Assembly (NCBI GenBank): GCA_963676395.1
Contig: OY781066.1
Location: 544,001 to 608,000, forward strand
Source of the DNA: a bacterium
GTDB taxonomy: Bacteria > Fidelibacterota > Fidelibacteria > Fidelibacterales > Fidelibacteraceae
Direction: 5' to 3'
Length of the DNA: 64,000 nucleotides
Numbering within the stretch: the stretch's first letter is position 1; each line of letters opens with the position of its first letter. Positions 1 to 9,749 of this stretch are shown here, in pieces. The translations under genes were made by a program, and so were the position numbers. The notes below the pieces were generated by a model. That model was not told the origin of the DNA, ran no database searches, and saw nothing but the letters and a program-made list of their open reading frames with translations.

Positions 1-165
1 AGTTTGTTTTTTTGATTCAGAATCATATCTTGAGCTTGGCCAATCAATGTTATCAACTGTAGACAACCATACACCGCGAAACTCACGCTTCGGAGGCATA
101 TCCTTTGCAAAAAGGGCAGTTATAATTAGCACCGACACACAAAGTGCCACTATTTTGTTTTTCAT
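1..165 (-). CDS. Family 10-like glycosyl hydrolase (GHL10/YddW-like), N-terminal part only; runs off the window edge
   Basis: Manual translation from ATG at 165 gives MKNKIVALCVSVLIITALFAKDMPPKREFRGVWLSTVDNIDWPSSRYDSESKKQT: a signal peptide plus the same EFRGVWLSTV-NIDWP motif as the adjacent gene. Not in the ORF track. Confidence 0.85.
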   Translation of the reverse strand, partial: MKNKIVALCVSVLIITALFAKDMPPKREFRGVWLSTVDNIDWPSSRYDSESKKQT

Positions 166-184
166 TTTTTCCTTTCCGTATTAC

Positions 185-1912
185 TTATCGACTGAAAGTC
201 CAGACAGGTGACCAGTTTTCAGCATTATTTGCTTTCACTCGCCAGTAGAAGTTCATGTTCCGGGGCAGTCGTTTATTCATTTGCTTTCTTGTTAGCAATT
301 TTTCTTCGTAGATAATATCATCGAAATCCTTATCCAGTGCAACTTGAATATGGTAATTCTCAGCCTGCGGGTAACTTTGCCAAGCAAAGGGAACTAGCAA
401 ACCTTTAGCTGAAGTTTGATATGCAGGTTTCAAGGGGGTAACAAAATCATTGGAAGCAAATTTTATTTTGCCTTCTTCTTTATAATGATTCAATGATGTC
501 ATCGCATAAAACCATTGTTCATCAGTATTATCTACATACATATCTTTATTTCCCGGAACGACTTCCAGAATAGACGTATTTTCGTTGATCAGTTTTGGAG
601 ATTTTGAACGATATATAACATAACCCCAAGCTTCGGAATTCTCTTCCCATGATATCAATACTTCATTTGCATATTTTCTTTCCGCAAATGAACCGGGAGT
701 TTTAACCTTCTTGCCTTTTTGATGTTTATAAGTAGGCCATAAAGCTTTATTCTTGTAAAGATCCAGTTGTAAAGAATCCATGGTATTCTTGGGATTAGCA
801 AAGAAATTGTTTGCTGTAAAATATACAGACCCCTGACATCCATCGGTATCACGGTTTAATCTAATCTGTCTGGGAATTTCGCCCCGCGAAAATTTTTCGC
901 TACCCGCATGAAACATTGCCTGACCGGGATAAAAATGACGGTTTGCTTTCTTGGCTTCTTTTGACCAATAAGGAATTAACTTAGCGTAATCCTGACCGCC
1001 ACCATGTGGCCAGTAGCATTGCGGGGTAATATAGTCTACCGTACCGGCTTTTAGCCAAGCAATGGGATCACAATATAGCACAGCCCAGGCATCAAACCCC
1101 TTAATACCTTCGGGAATTCCCGGGCGGTAAATACCAAAAGGAGAAATACCCCATTTAACCCAAGGTTTGATTTTATCAATACTATCAGATACTCTTTTAA
1201 CTAGAATATTAATATTATCTCGACGCCAGTCATCAATATCTTTAAAACCACGATTTTCATTTACAAAAGTCAAAGAATCTTCGTTTGTAATTTTTTGGTA
1301 GGGATAAAAATAATCATCCATGTGAAGGCCATCAATATCATAACGTGTAACAATATCCATAAAGACATTATAAATATAATCGCGTACTTCAGCTTTACCC
1401 GGATCTAAAATATATACCGAAGAAAACTTCAACAGCCATTCCGGATGTTTTTTTGCCACATGTTCATCGTTCATATAAAAGGATGAATCCATCATTGCAG
1501 GCTTATGCACGGCCCTATAAGGATTAACCCATGCATGTAATTCCATGCCGCGCTTGTGCGCTTCGCGAATAGCAAAATCCAGCGGATCCCAAAGAGAATC
1601 GGCAGTCGGCCCTTGACCTTGTGTCCCGCTAAACCAGTACGACCATGGTTCTATCTCGGACTTATACATTGCATCACAAGCAGGACGAACCTGAAATAAT
1701 ACGGCATTCACACCATTGGCTTTTAAAGTATCCATATATGTTACAAGGTCTGCCTGTTTTTTGGCTTCTGAATCCCGTTTATCAACCGGCCAATCAATAT
1801 TGGCAACAGTTGATAGCCAAACACCTCTAAACTCCTGCTTGGGCGCTTCAGTTTTTTGCGCAAAAACAAAAACTGTTATGCAAGTAAGTATAAGCGCGAG
1901 TATTTTTCTCAT
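185..1912 (-). CDS. Family 10-like glycosyl hydrolase (GHL10, YddW/DigH-like) with C-terminal FN3-like domains, secreted
   Basis: Signal peptide; EFRGVWLSTVANIDWP, FQVRP, HAWVNPYR, DGLHMDDYFYPY and GISPFG motifs; C-terminal YWRVKA...WS FN3-like motif. Confidence 0.9.
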   Translation of the reverse strand: MRKILALILTCITVFVFAQKTEAPKQEFRGVWLSTVANIDWPVDKRDSEAKKQADLVTYMDTLKANGVNAVLFQVRPACDAMYKSEIEPWSYWFSGTQGQGPTADSLWDPLDFAIREAHKRGMELHAWVNPYRAVHKPAMMDSSFYMNDEHVAKKHPEWLLKFSSVYILDPGKAEVRDYIYNVFMDIVTRYDIDGLHMDDYFYPYQKITNEDSLTFVNENRGFKDIDDWRRDNINILVKRVSDSIDKIKPWVKWGISPFGIYRPGIPEGIKGFDAWAVLYCDPIAWLKAGTVDYITPQCYWPHGGGQDYAKLIPYWSKEAKKANRHFYPGQAMFHAGSEKFSRGEIPRQIRLNRDTDGCQGSVYFTANNFFANPKNTMDSLQLDLYKNKALWPTYKHQKGKKVKTPGSFAERKYANEVLISWEENSEAWGYVIYRSKSPKLINENTSILEVVPGNKDMYVDNTDEQWFYAMTSLNHYKEEGKIKFASNDFVTPLKPAYQTSAKGLLVPFAWQSYPQAENYHIQVALDKDFDDIIYEEKLLTRKQMNKRLPRNMNFYWRVKANNAENWSPVWTFSR

Positions 1913-1920
1913 TATCTTTC

Positions 1921-2421
1921 CTATGTTTTCAAGTATTCTACGATTCGATTCACATCTTTCATATTAATGTGATTCTTATCTTTCATCATATCGTCTTTTT
2001 GTTTAGGGTCCTTTATCATTTTATCTAACATCTTGAACATAAATGCATCAAAACCTTTGTATTCGGAGATGACCTGTCGTCCGCCTAAGCCGAATAACTG
2101 CTCTTTTTTTAGTTCAAGAAAACCTAAGTTCTCTTCAATAACACCTTGATAATAATCTTGGTGTTCAACGGGAGCACCACCGACACAAATGACAGCTTTT
2201 ACCTTAGGCTTAATGATATTTCTATTACTTTTCACCCAAGACTTGAGTCCCATTTTACCTATGCGAACATTTGAGATCAATACAATAGCATCAGTCCCTT
2301 TAAGTTCATTTCTTTTAACACGTTTATAGGCTTTAGCAACCCAGTTCATATCCTGAGCCAGTTTTTCAGCATAATTCTTTGCTGAACCGTATTTAGAACA
2401 ATAAACAACCATAGAAGACAT
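1921..2421 (-). CDS. Flavodoxin-domain protein (HemG-like / Flavodoxin_5)
   Basis: N-terminal VVYCSKYGSAKNYAE FMN-binding loop; 166 aa; GAGG upstream of the ATG. Confidence 0.75.
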   Translation of the reverse strand: MSSMVVYCSKYGSAKNYAEKLAQDMNWVAKAYKRVKRNELKGTDAIVLISNVRIGKMGLKSWVKSNRNIIKPKVKAVICVGGAPVEHQDYYQGVIEENLGFLELKKEQLFGLGGRQVISEYKGFDAFMFKMLDKMIKDPKQKDDMMKDKNHINMKDVNRIVEYLKT

Positions 2422-2435
2422 ATATTACCTCATGT

Positions 2436-4334
2436 TTATTCAGCTAAACTTTCAAAACCCTGTTTCTTCATGTTAAAATATATGATCACAACAGAAATAA
2501 TGGATAAGCAAAAATACATGACAGCCGACCACCATTCCAAGAAAAAGACCTTTCCAAGACCAAAAAGAAACGAGTAAATAAATACTACACCTGCACCCCA
2601 TGAAAGGAACATACGACCAAAACCGGTATCGCTTTTTACCTCGGGAAGTTGCGAGGAAACTTTTTTCCAGCCCCAACCACCGGGATGTACTTTTTTGTAG
2701 AATTTTTTAAGTGTTTTCTCATCTGCCGGTTTTGTTAGAAATGTCACAACAACCCAAACAAGTGTTGTACCAAAAATGGTAGGATACAACGTCATCGGTG
2801 ATTCCAATCCACATGCTCTGGCAATAGGGTAAATGATAAGCGGAGCGATCATGGCAGCAATCTCTGACCATGCGTTTACTCTCCACCACCACCAACGAAG
2901 AATGAGTACAAGTCCCAGACCCGCTGAAGCATTAATAATAAATTCCCATGCACCCGAAATGGTCGTTAGCAAATAACGTGTAACAAAAAGTGAAATGATG
3001 ATCATCAACAACATGGTTAATCTCGAAATCATCACATAATGCTTTTCATCTGCCTTCTTTTTAATAAAACGACGATAGAAGTCATTGATCATATATGAGG
3101 TACCCCAGTTCAACTGAGAGGATATTGTGGACATATAAGCCGCAAGAAATACGGCAATCAAAAGTCCCAATAAACCTTTAGGCAGATAACGAACCATAAG
3201 CTTAGGATACATACGACCCGGATCAACCGTATTCTCATATGTCTCATAAAATTGTACGAATTCTGCTGTTTGATAATCTTCATCATTCATCAAAAGTGAA
3301 GGATTATCGAATGCTTGTTCCGCCATCACGTACATTTGAGGATTCTGCTGTTGCAATTGAGCAGGATCTTCTGCTCGTGGTAAAATAACCAATGCAGACA
3401 ATGCAACAAGGATCCACGGCCAGGGACGAATTGTATAATGAGCGATAGTAAACCATAATGTAGCAAAAAGACTATGTTTTTCATCTTTAGCTGACATCAT
3501 ACGTTGTGCAACATAACCGCCACCACCGGGATCGGCACCGGGATACCAGGTTCCCCACCATTGCAAACCTATATGTGCTATAAAAGCCCCTACCGTCAGC
3601 GCCATCGCACCCCCGGTAACACCCTTAGCCGTTACATTCCCAATACGCGGTACAAATTCTATAAGTTCGGGACGTAATTTCATTTTTAGTGATGCCAAGC
3701 CGCCAACTTCAGGTAGCTTTACAACAATAATTGCCAGCACAATACAACCTGCAATGGCAAATAAAAACTGAAAAGAATCAGTTCTGGATGTACCTACCAA
3801 ACCAGAAGCGGAAGCATAAATGGCAATAATCACCGCTGTAATACAAACCAAAAGAAATGGATCTACTTGCGGTACTGTTACCACAAAAATCTTTTCCATC
3901 GCTTTATGCACCCAGCCTAGAATAATCACATTCATGAACAGACCCAGATAAATTGCTCGAAAACCTCGGAGGAAAGCAGCATTTTTTCCGGAATATCTAA
4001 ATTCTACAAATTCCACATCGGTCATCACTCCCGAACGACGCCACAATCTGGCAAAAAAGAATACCGTCAACATAGCACCAATGGCCATATTCCACCATAA
4101 CCAGTTACCGGCAATACCATTCTTGGCTACCAACTCAGTAACAGCCAATGGGGTATCTGCTGCAAAAGTCGTAGCAACCATTGCAGTCCCCGCTAACCAC
4201 CAGGGCAAGTTTCGCCCAGATAGAAAAAACTGATCGGTTCCTTGTGATGCTTTACGAGAATAGTACGCTGCAATTCCAAAGATCACGCTAAAAAACAAGA
4301 TGATAACAGAGAAATCCAACCAATGTAAATTCAT
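2436..4334 (-). CDS. Sodium:solute symporter (SSS) family transporter
   Basis: FFLSGRNLPWW, TTFAADTPL, YVAQRMMSAKDE and AAYMST motifs; many TM helices. Confidence 0.92.
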   Translation of the reverse strand: MNLHWLDFSVIILFFSVIFGIAAYYSRKASQGTDQFFLSGRNLPWWLAGTAMVATTFAADTPLAVTELVAKNGIAGNWLWWNMAIGAMLTVFFFARLWRRSGVMTDVEFVEFRYSGKNAAFLRGFRAIYLGLFMNVIILGWVHKAMEKIFVVTVPQVDPFLLVCITAVIIAIYASASGLVGTSRTDSFQFLFAIAGCIVLAIIVVKLPEVGGLASLKMKLRPELIEFVPRIGNVTAKGVTGGAMALTVGAFIAHIGLQWWGTWYPGADPGGGGYVAQRMMSAKDEKHSLFATLWFTIAHYTIRPWPWILVALSALVILPRAEDPAQLQQQNPQMYVMAEQAFDNPSLLMNDEDYQTAEFVQFYETYENTVDPGRMYPKLMVRYLPKGLLGLLIAVFLAAYMSTISSQLNWGTSYMINDFYRRFIKKKADEKHYVMISRLTMLLMIIISLFVTRYLLTTISGAWEFIINASAGLGLVLILRWWWWRVNAWSEIAAMIAPLIIYPIARACGLESPMTLYPTIFGTTLVWVVVTFLTKPADEKTLKKFYKKVHPGGWGWKKVSSQLPEVKSDTGFGRMFLSWGAGVVFIYSFLFGLGKVFFLEWWSAVMYFCLSIISVVIIYFNMKKQGFESLAE

Positions 4335-4441
4335 GTTTCACTCCTCACATGATTAATATATTTTCACTCCGAATTGTAATTAAAAAAAGACTTAAAAGCA
4401 AAAGAGAATATGCTTTATTGAAACTATTTCTTCATATAAAT

Positions 4442-4469
4442 GCAAGGGACAGGCATGCCTGTCCCTTGC
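4442..4469. repeat. Perfect 28-bp palindrome (REP-like and/or terminator)
   Basis: GCAAGGGACAGGCATGCCTGTCCCTTGC is its own reverse complement; it lies just downstream of the 4492 stop. Confidence 0.7.
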
Positions 4470-4491
4470 GATCTTTTTTTATATAGATCTA

Positions 4492-5496
4492 TTATTCTTC
4501 AACACTATCAAAAAATGTATTAAACTCGTCTCTAAATTCAGTGTCAATATATTTCTGAATATGTTCTATAGCATGTAGTTCGGCATTATATCGATCTAAA
4601 GACCCCTCTCTCCCCTGTTCATAGATAGACAATAAGGTCTGTTTTTTCCAATCACGCATTTTGATATCAAAATCCCAAGCGACAAAAACCAGCATATCCT
4701 GATGGATATCTATCTCTTTCATATCCGAATGATAATTCACGGTCATCATCGCAGTACCCTCAAGTACTTTAAAACCATTATCATTAATAACTTTTGCAAT
4801 TGCCTGTTTTACATGTTTATTCGGAGATTTTATTGAACGAATATTAAAAGAGATCAAATCAGCCGTCTTACTTTTCATCTTAGCCAATGCTTCCATGCTG
4901 TACTTCATCTTCAAGCTCATGCCAGGTGCCAATACATCTAACTGCTCTTGCATCATGGTTTCTTTAGCTGCACTTAACCAAGCCGCATTTAAATGACGAT
5001 ATTTTTCAATGACATCAAGGCTGGCATTTGAAGCCTTTACATGGAAATTTATACTTTCTTCCAGCCGCTCTAATCTATTCATTAATATGTTTGCCGTTTT
5101 ATCTCTTTCAAGATACGCCACAGTAAAATACAAACCGCGTTTTTCTCTTACCGGATCCATATACCGGACATTCACTAAGTTTTGTTCTGAAATAAATTTT
5201 GTAAACTCAGTCGAAAACTCGTAATAACTTTCATGCAGATCCATGTTATCCGAATCAGATATAGATTCATAACGTTCTAGCACATCTTTTTCTACAGATA
5301 CCTTTGTCCCAAATATTCTTGAAAGCTCAACAATTGCATCTTCAACAGCCTTTTCCGGTGTAATACCATAACCTTTAGCAAGAAGGTATTCACTCTCAGG
5401 GAAAAAATTATCTTTTTCAGTGTACCATTTTGGCATAGAACTTGAACAAGAATAGACAAGAATGATGACTGCCAATAATACGAGAATTCGTTTCAT
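4492..5496 (-). CDS. Lipoprotein, LPP20-like
   Basis: Lipobox LVYSC; PKWY...YLLAKGYG...KAVEDAIVELSRIF resembles the LPP20 N-terminal domain. Confidence 0.65.
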   Translation of the reverse strand: MKRILVLLAVIILVYSCSSSMPKWYTEKDNFFPESEYLLAKGYGITPEKAVEDAIVELSRIFGTKVSVEKDVLERYESISDSDNMDLHESYYEFSTEFTKFISEQNLVNVRYMDPVREKRGLYFTVAYLERDKTANILMNRLERLEESINFHVKASNASLDVIEKYRHLNAAWLSAAKETMMQEQLDVLAPGMSLKMKYSMEALAKMKSKTADLISFNIRSIKSPNKHVKQAIAKVINDNGFKVLEGTAMMTVNYHSDMKEIDIHQDMLVFVAWDFDIKMRDWKKQTLLSIYEQGREGSLDRYNAELHAIEHIQKYIDTEFRDEFNTFFDSVEE

Positions 5497-5784
5497 ATTT
5501 AAACCTTTATCAATGATTTGCTTTCTATATACTACCTTAATTTGCGTTTTTTAGTCTGCATTCGCAAATGCTAATTAAGTTGAAGACTAAATTGTTCCTT
5601 GCTTTCACCAGGATAAACTTTTGTATTATAATAAAAAATATATCAATCCTTTGAACTAGACACTATGATTTACTCCATCACAACTCACCATAAACATATA
5701 AGGATAGCTCTTGAGATACCATTGATTAAGCTATTGTTCAACACAAATTTTCTTCTTATTATTTATCAATAATTTGGAGATAAA

Positions 5785-6363
5785 ATGAAAACCGGCATAA
5801 GCAGACAAGAAGCTCAAGTCTTATTAGATAAATATTTACATACCGAATACTTACGACGTCACTCCCGGGAATCCGAAGTGATCATGCAAGCCCTTGCCAA
5901 GAAGCTGGACAAAAATGAAGAGTTTTGGGGAATATGCGGACTACTTCATGACTTAGACCTTGATGATATTGGTGGTGACATGAGTCGTCATGGTGATCGA
6001 ACGGTTGAAATACTAAAAGAGCATGGCTACGACATTCCTGAATTATTCCAAGCTATCCTGGCCCATGTCGAAGGTGTAGAAGGACATAATTATAAGCGCG
6101 TATCAAAGCTTGATTATATTCTTTCCGGAGCCGAAAGTATAACCGGATTAATTACTGCTTACGTTATTCTAAGACCTGATAAAAAACTTGAGGGTGTTAA
6201 GACGAAATCGGTTATGAAAAAATTTAAATCTCCCGCCTTTGCAGCAAAGGTTAGTCGTGAGTTGATCCATGATGCGGCCAAGCACTCGGGAATGGAACTA
6301 AATGAATTCATTAGTTTATCTATCGAGGCAATGACCGGCATCTCGGATGAATTAGGCATGTAA
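5785..6363 (+). CDS. HD-domain (HDIG) metal-dependent phosphohydrolase
   Basis: RRHS...GLLHDLD...HG...AILAH; KSVMKKFKSPAFAAKVSR motif; GGAG RBS. Confidence 0.88.
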   Translation: MKTGISRQEAQVLLDKYLHTEYLRRHSRESEVIMQALAKKLDKNEEFWGICGLLHDLDLDDIGGDMSRHGDRTVEILKEHGYDIPELFQAILAHVEGVEGHNYKRVSKLDYILSGAESITGLITAYVILRPDKKLEGVKTKSVMKKFKSPAFAAKVSRELIHDAAKHSGMELNEFISLSIEAMTGISDELGM

Positions 6364-6410
6364 AAACGTCAAGCACCTCTTTTTCACAAAACCAAATAAT
6401 ATTTAGATAT

Positions 6411-6440
6411 AAAAAAGACGGATCATAAGATCCGCCTTTT
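6411..6440. terminator. Bidirectional intrinsic terminator
   Basis: AAAAAAGACGGATC-ATAA-GATCCGCCTTTT between convergent genes. Confidence 0.8.
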
Positions 6441-6463
6441 AACTTATCAGCATATAATAATGT

Positions 6464-9400
6464 TTATAAAATATCTTCGAGTATATCCATCAACTTTTTC
6501 ACATTGATCGGCTTATTAATGTAAGTTGTTAGAATCTTATGAGATTCTTCCTCAGAAGTAAAAGCATCTTTATTTTCATAGATACCAATAATGGGGAGAG
6601 CTTGATATTGCTCTTTAATTGTATCCAAACCCAGTTTCTTTATGCCCATATTGGCAATAAGCATATCCGGATTATACTTTTCAATGCTCATCATGGAATT
6701 TTCTGGATCCACAGCACGAATAACTTTATACTTACCGTTCAAAACAACATTAAGCAAAACAAAGGTACTTTCATCGTCTTCAACGATCAAAACAGTTTTA
6801 TGTTTTTCTACCCTTTTAGCTTCGGTATTATTATTGCTTGAGGTTTTTTCAACATCAAAGATGTTGATGTTCGATTTCTTATACTTAATCGTAAAGTAAA
6901 AAGTACTGCCTTCACCCGGTGAAGAATCAAGCCAAATTTCCCCCTCCATTTTCTCAACAATAGCCTTTGAAATAGCAAGTCCCAATCCGGTTCCTGTGGA
7001 AAAAGGATCGACCTGTACAAAGCGTTCAAATATCTGATCCTGCATAGATTCTTCAATACCAATCCCAGTATCTTTTACATAGAATTCTATAACACTTCGT
7101 TTAACTTTAAAACCCAGTTCTACTCGCCCCTCCTCAGTAAACTTGACCGCATTTGATATCAAGTTTCTAATGACCTGAGTCAAATTATTCTTATCTGTCT
7201 GTACATTAATATTTTGCACTTCAGATAAGGATAAAGTAACCGTAGGTTTTAAGTCCATTCTTTCTTGGGATAAAATATCTTTACACAATGCCATCAAATT
7301 ACAAGATTCATTTTTAATAACCAAAGAATCCGATTCGATCTTTGATATCTCAAGAATATCATTGATCAGCTTCAATAAGAGATCATTGTTTTCATTGATA
7401 AATGTCAGATATTTTCGTTTATCTTCAAGACTGATATTCTCACGACCGAGTAAATTAGAAAAACCCACAATACCATTCAAAGGTGTCCGAATCTCGTGTG
7501 AAATATTTGAAATAAAGGCGGACTTTAATCTATCCGATTCTTCAGCTTTTTCTTTAGCTTGAATCAATTCTTTTTCGTTAAGCTTACGTTCATCAATATT
7601 CATCATAAAACCATGGATAGCAGTCCCTTGTCCGTTCTCATCATATTCAGCTACCGATGCCCGTATTTCCACCCAAGAATTATGACCACCTAAACACATT
7701 CTTACTTCTTTATGAATGTGATTGATCTTTCCGCTTAATGCTTCATCGACCAAAGACTGAAATTCTTTTATATCATCAGGATGAATCGCTTCAATATAAT
7801 AACTGGCTCTTTCGGGATCTTCCTTAAGTTTCGAAGGATCAATACTTAATGCCAACCAAAAGTTCTCATCCTTATGGAGCACATCATTTACAATATCCCA
7901 TTCCCAATAAGAGTTCTTTGAGCTTTGCAGTGACTCATTTAGCCTCTCTTTTGATATGCGTATCTCTTCGTCTTGTAAATTTCTTAGGGTAACATCATTT
8001 ATAATCGCATACACAATGGTAACATCTTCTTCATCCAATAAATTCACAATAAGCTGAGCATTGAACATTGTACCATCATGTTTTTTCAATATAATTTCAA
8101 AGGGTTCTTTAACTAAATTCTCAATGTCTTTTACCAATGAATCATACTGAGGAAGATAATTCTTTATATCAAAGTCTTTAAAATGATCGGCCGGTGATGC
8201 AAATAATTCCTGAGCTTTATTGTTAAAAGCTTTGACTCTTCCAGATTCAAACTCAAAAATTACGATCGCTAAATTTGAATCTTCGAACATCAATCGATAA
8301 CGTTCGGAATATAATTTTGTTTTATGGGCCATATCTGTCCTATTGATCTCATAATTTCTATATCTAAAGTGATAAAGCAAAAGCAGCCAAAATAAAATGA
8401 ATAGTAATATGATCAAAGAAAGCGCTAAATAGAAAAAAGTACGATATTCATGATAGACTGTTAAAGGTCTGTTAACGATCCTGGAATTAGCCGGCAGCTC
8501 ACTGGGTAATATACCCCAACGTCTTAACTCTTTTGAATTAAAAATATATTGGTTGCGATCTTGAAGTCTTTTAATATTCGATAATGGTTCTCCATCAATA
8601 ATACGTATACCCAACTCAGCAGCGAGCTGACCTTGTTTATAAGCTTCTGTGACCAAACCACCAATAAATGCATCGTCTACACCCAAATCCATAACCGTAA
8701 AAATTGGTGCATTACTTGCTTTGGAATATTCCACATAATATTTTTGAGGATCCCAAAAAGCTTCATTCCCATCTACCTGCCAAATTGAAAATATAACAAT
8801 GGTATGACTAGGTAAAGTTGAGAGTGTCTCCATCATTTTAACGGTAGATATACCTTCAGAGCCATCGATCCATATTATATCCACACCATCTTTTATATTT
8901 GTTTTTTCCAAAGATCTTTCTGCGGTAATTCTATGTGATTTACCAGTAATTGAATTATCTGTAACAATCGCTATGTGCTTTGTGTGTGGAAAAAGATCTA
9001 GTCCCAATTCGATATTTTCTTTGAAAGGTAAATACTCCTCAACACCAACAAACATTGGGGAATCATGTTTTTGAACATCATTAATATTTGCCACACCACA
9101 ATAAACAATTGGTACTTCTTGATTTTTGTAATCAATGCTATATAATGCTTGTAAAGCGTTATTATCGGAAGCAATGATCAAATCCAAATATCCATCAGGA
9201 TAGGATTCGATCTTTTTCCAAAGGATCTCTTTCCAGGAAAATTTATTATATACGCGTTTGGTATCCATATTTTCAATATGGAATTCAAAATCATATTTAG
9301 AGTTTTTAAATTTATCAAGAATACCATTGGTTGTATTATCTGTCCAATAGTGACCTTGATGATATGAATTGATGATCAATACTTTTTTTCTAGCACTGTG

Positions 9401-9565
9401 GTCTAGTTCACTCTGATTGATCTTGATCTGGTTTTCTAAAGTATTTGCACACAAAGTACTTCCCAGGATCAAAAAGATCTGTATACCTAAAATTATTTTA
9501 GCGCGTAAGTTTCCGTGTTGCCTGTTCACGTGATGCGCACCTATTAACTTAATGATCATTTTCAT
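6464..9565 (-). CDS. Hybrid sensor histidine kinase: periplasmic ABC-substrate-binding-like sensor, TM, 2 PAS, HisKA, HATPase, degenerate REC
   Basis: KVLIINSYH sensor start; FISNISHEIRTPLN H-box; NLISNAVKFT, DTGIG and GTGLGL boxes; C-terminal VLIVEDD...KP receiver. Confidence 0.92.
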   Translation of the reverse strand: MKMIIKLIGAHHVNRQHGNLRAKIILGIQIFLILGSTLCANTLENQIKINQSELDHSARKKVLIINSYHQGHYWTDNTTNGILDKFKNSKYDFEFHIENMDTKRVYNKFSWKEILWKKIESYPDGYLDLIIASDNNALQALYSIDYKNQEVPIVYCGVANINDVQKHDSPMFVGVEEYLPFKENIELGLDLFPHTKHIAIVTDNSITGKSHRITAERSLEKTNIKDGVDIIWIDGSEGISTVKMMETLSTLPSHTIVIFSIWQVDGNEAFWDPQKYYVEYSKASNAPIFTVMDLGVDDAFIGGLVTEAYKQGQLAAELGIRIIDGEPLSNIKRLQDRNQYIFNSKELRRWGILPSELPANSRIVNRPLTVYHEYRTFFYLALSLIILLFILFWLLLLYHFRYRNYEINRTDMAHKTKLYSERYRLMFEDSNLAIVIFEFESGRVKAFNNKAQELFASPADHFKDFDIKNYLPQYDSLVKDIENLVKEPFEIILKKHDGTMFNAQLIVNLLDEEDVTIVYAIINDVTLRNLQDEEIRISKERLNESLQSSKNSYWEWDIVNDVLHKDENFWLALSIDPSKLKEDPERASYYIEAIHPDDIKEFQSLVDEALSGKINHIHKEVRMCLGGHNSWVEIRASVAEYDENGQGTAIHGFMMNIDERKLNEKELIQAKEKAEESDRLKSAFISNISHEIRTPLNGIVGFSNLLGRENISLEDKRKYLTFINENNDLLLKLINDILEISKIESDSLVIKNESCNLMALCKDILSQERMDLKPTVTLSLSEVQNINVQTDKNNLTQVIRNLISNAVKFTEEGRVELGFKVKRSVIEFYVKDTGIGIEESMQDQIFERFVQVDPFSTGTGLGLAISKAIVEKMEGEIWLDSSPGEGSTFYFTIKYKKSNINIFDVEKTSSNNNTEAKRVEKHKTVLIVEDDESTFVLLNVVLNGKYKVIRAVDPENSMMSIEKYNPDMLIANMGIKKLGLDTIKEQYQALPIIGIYENKDAFTSEEESHKILTTYINKPINVKKLMDILEDIL

Positions 9566-9749
9566 GGTCTCTCTCTCAAAAGTTAATGGTTTAGTATCAA
9601 TACTTATTATAAAAAGATTTTAGGGGATTTGGAACTTAAAAATCAAGAAATAGGAGTAATTAAAAAAAAACATAGAATTATCGCCAGCAAACCACATATG
9701 CATGGAATATTTAACAAAATATTTCCGACATGATTTTTAAACTATTTCT

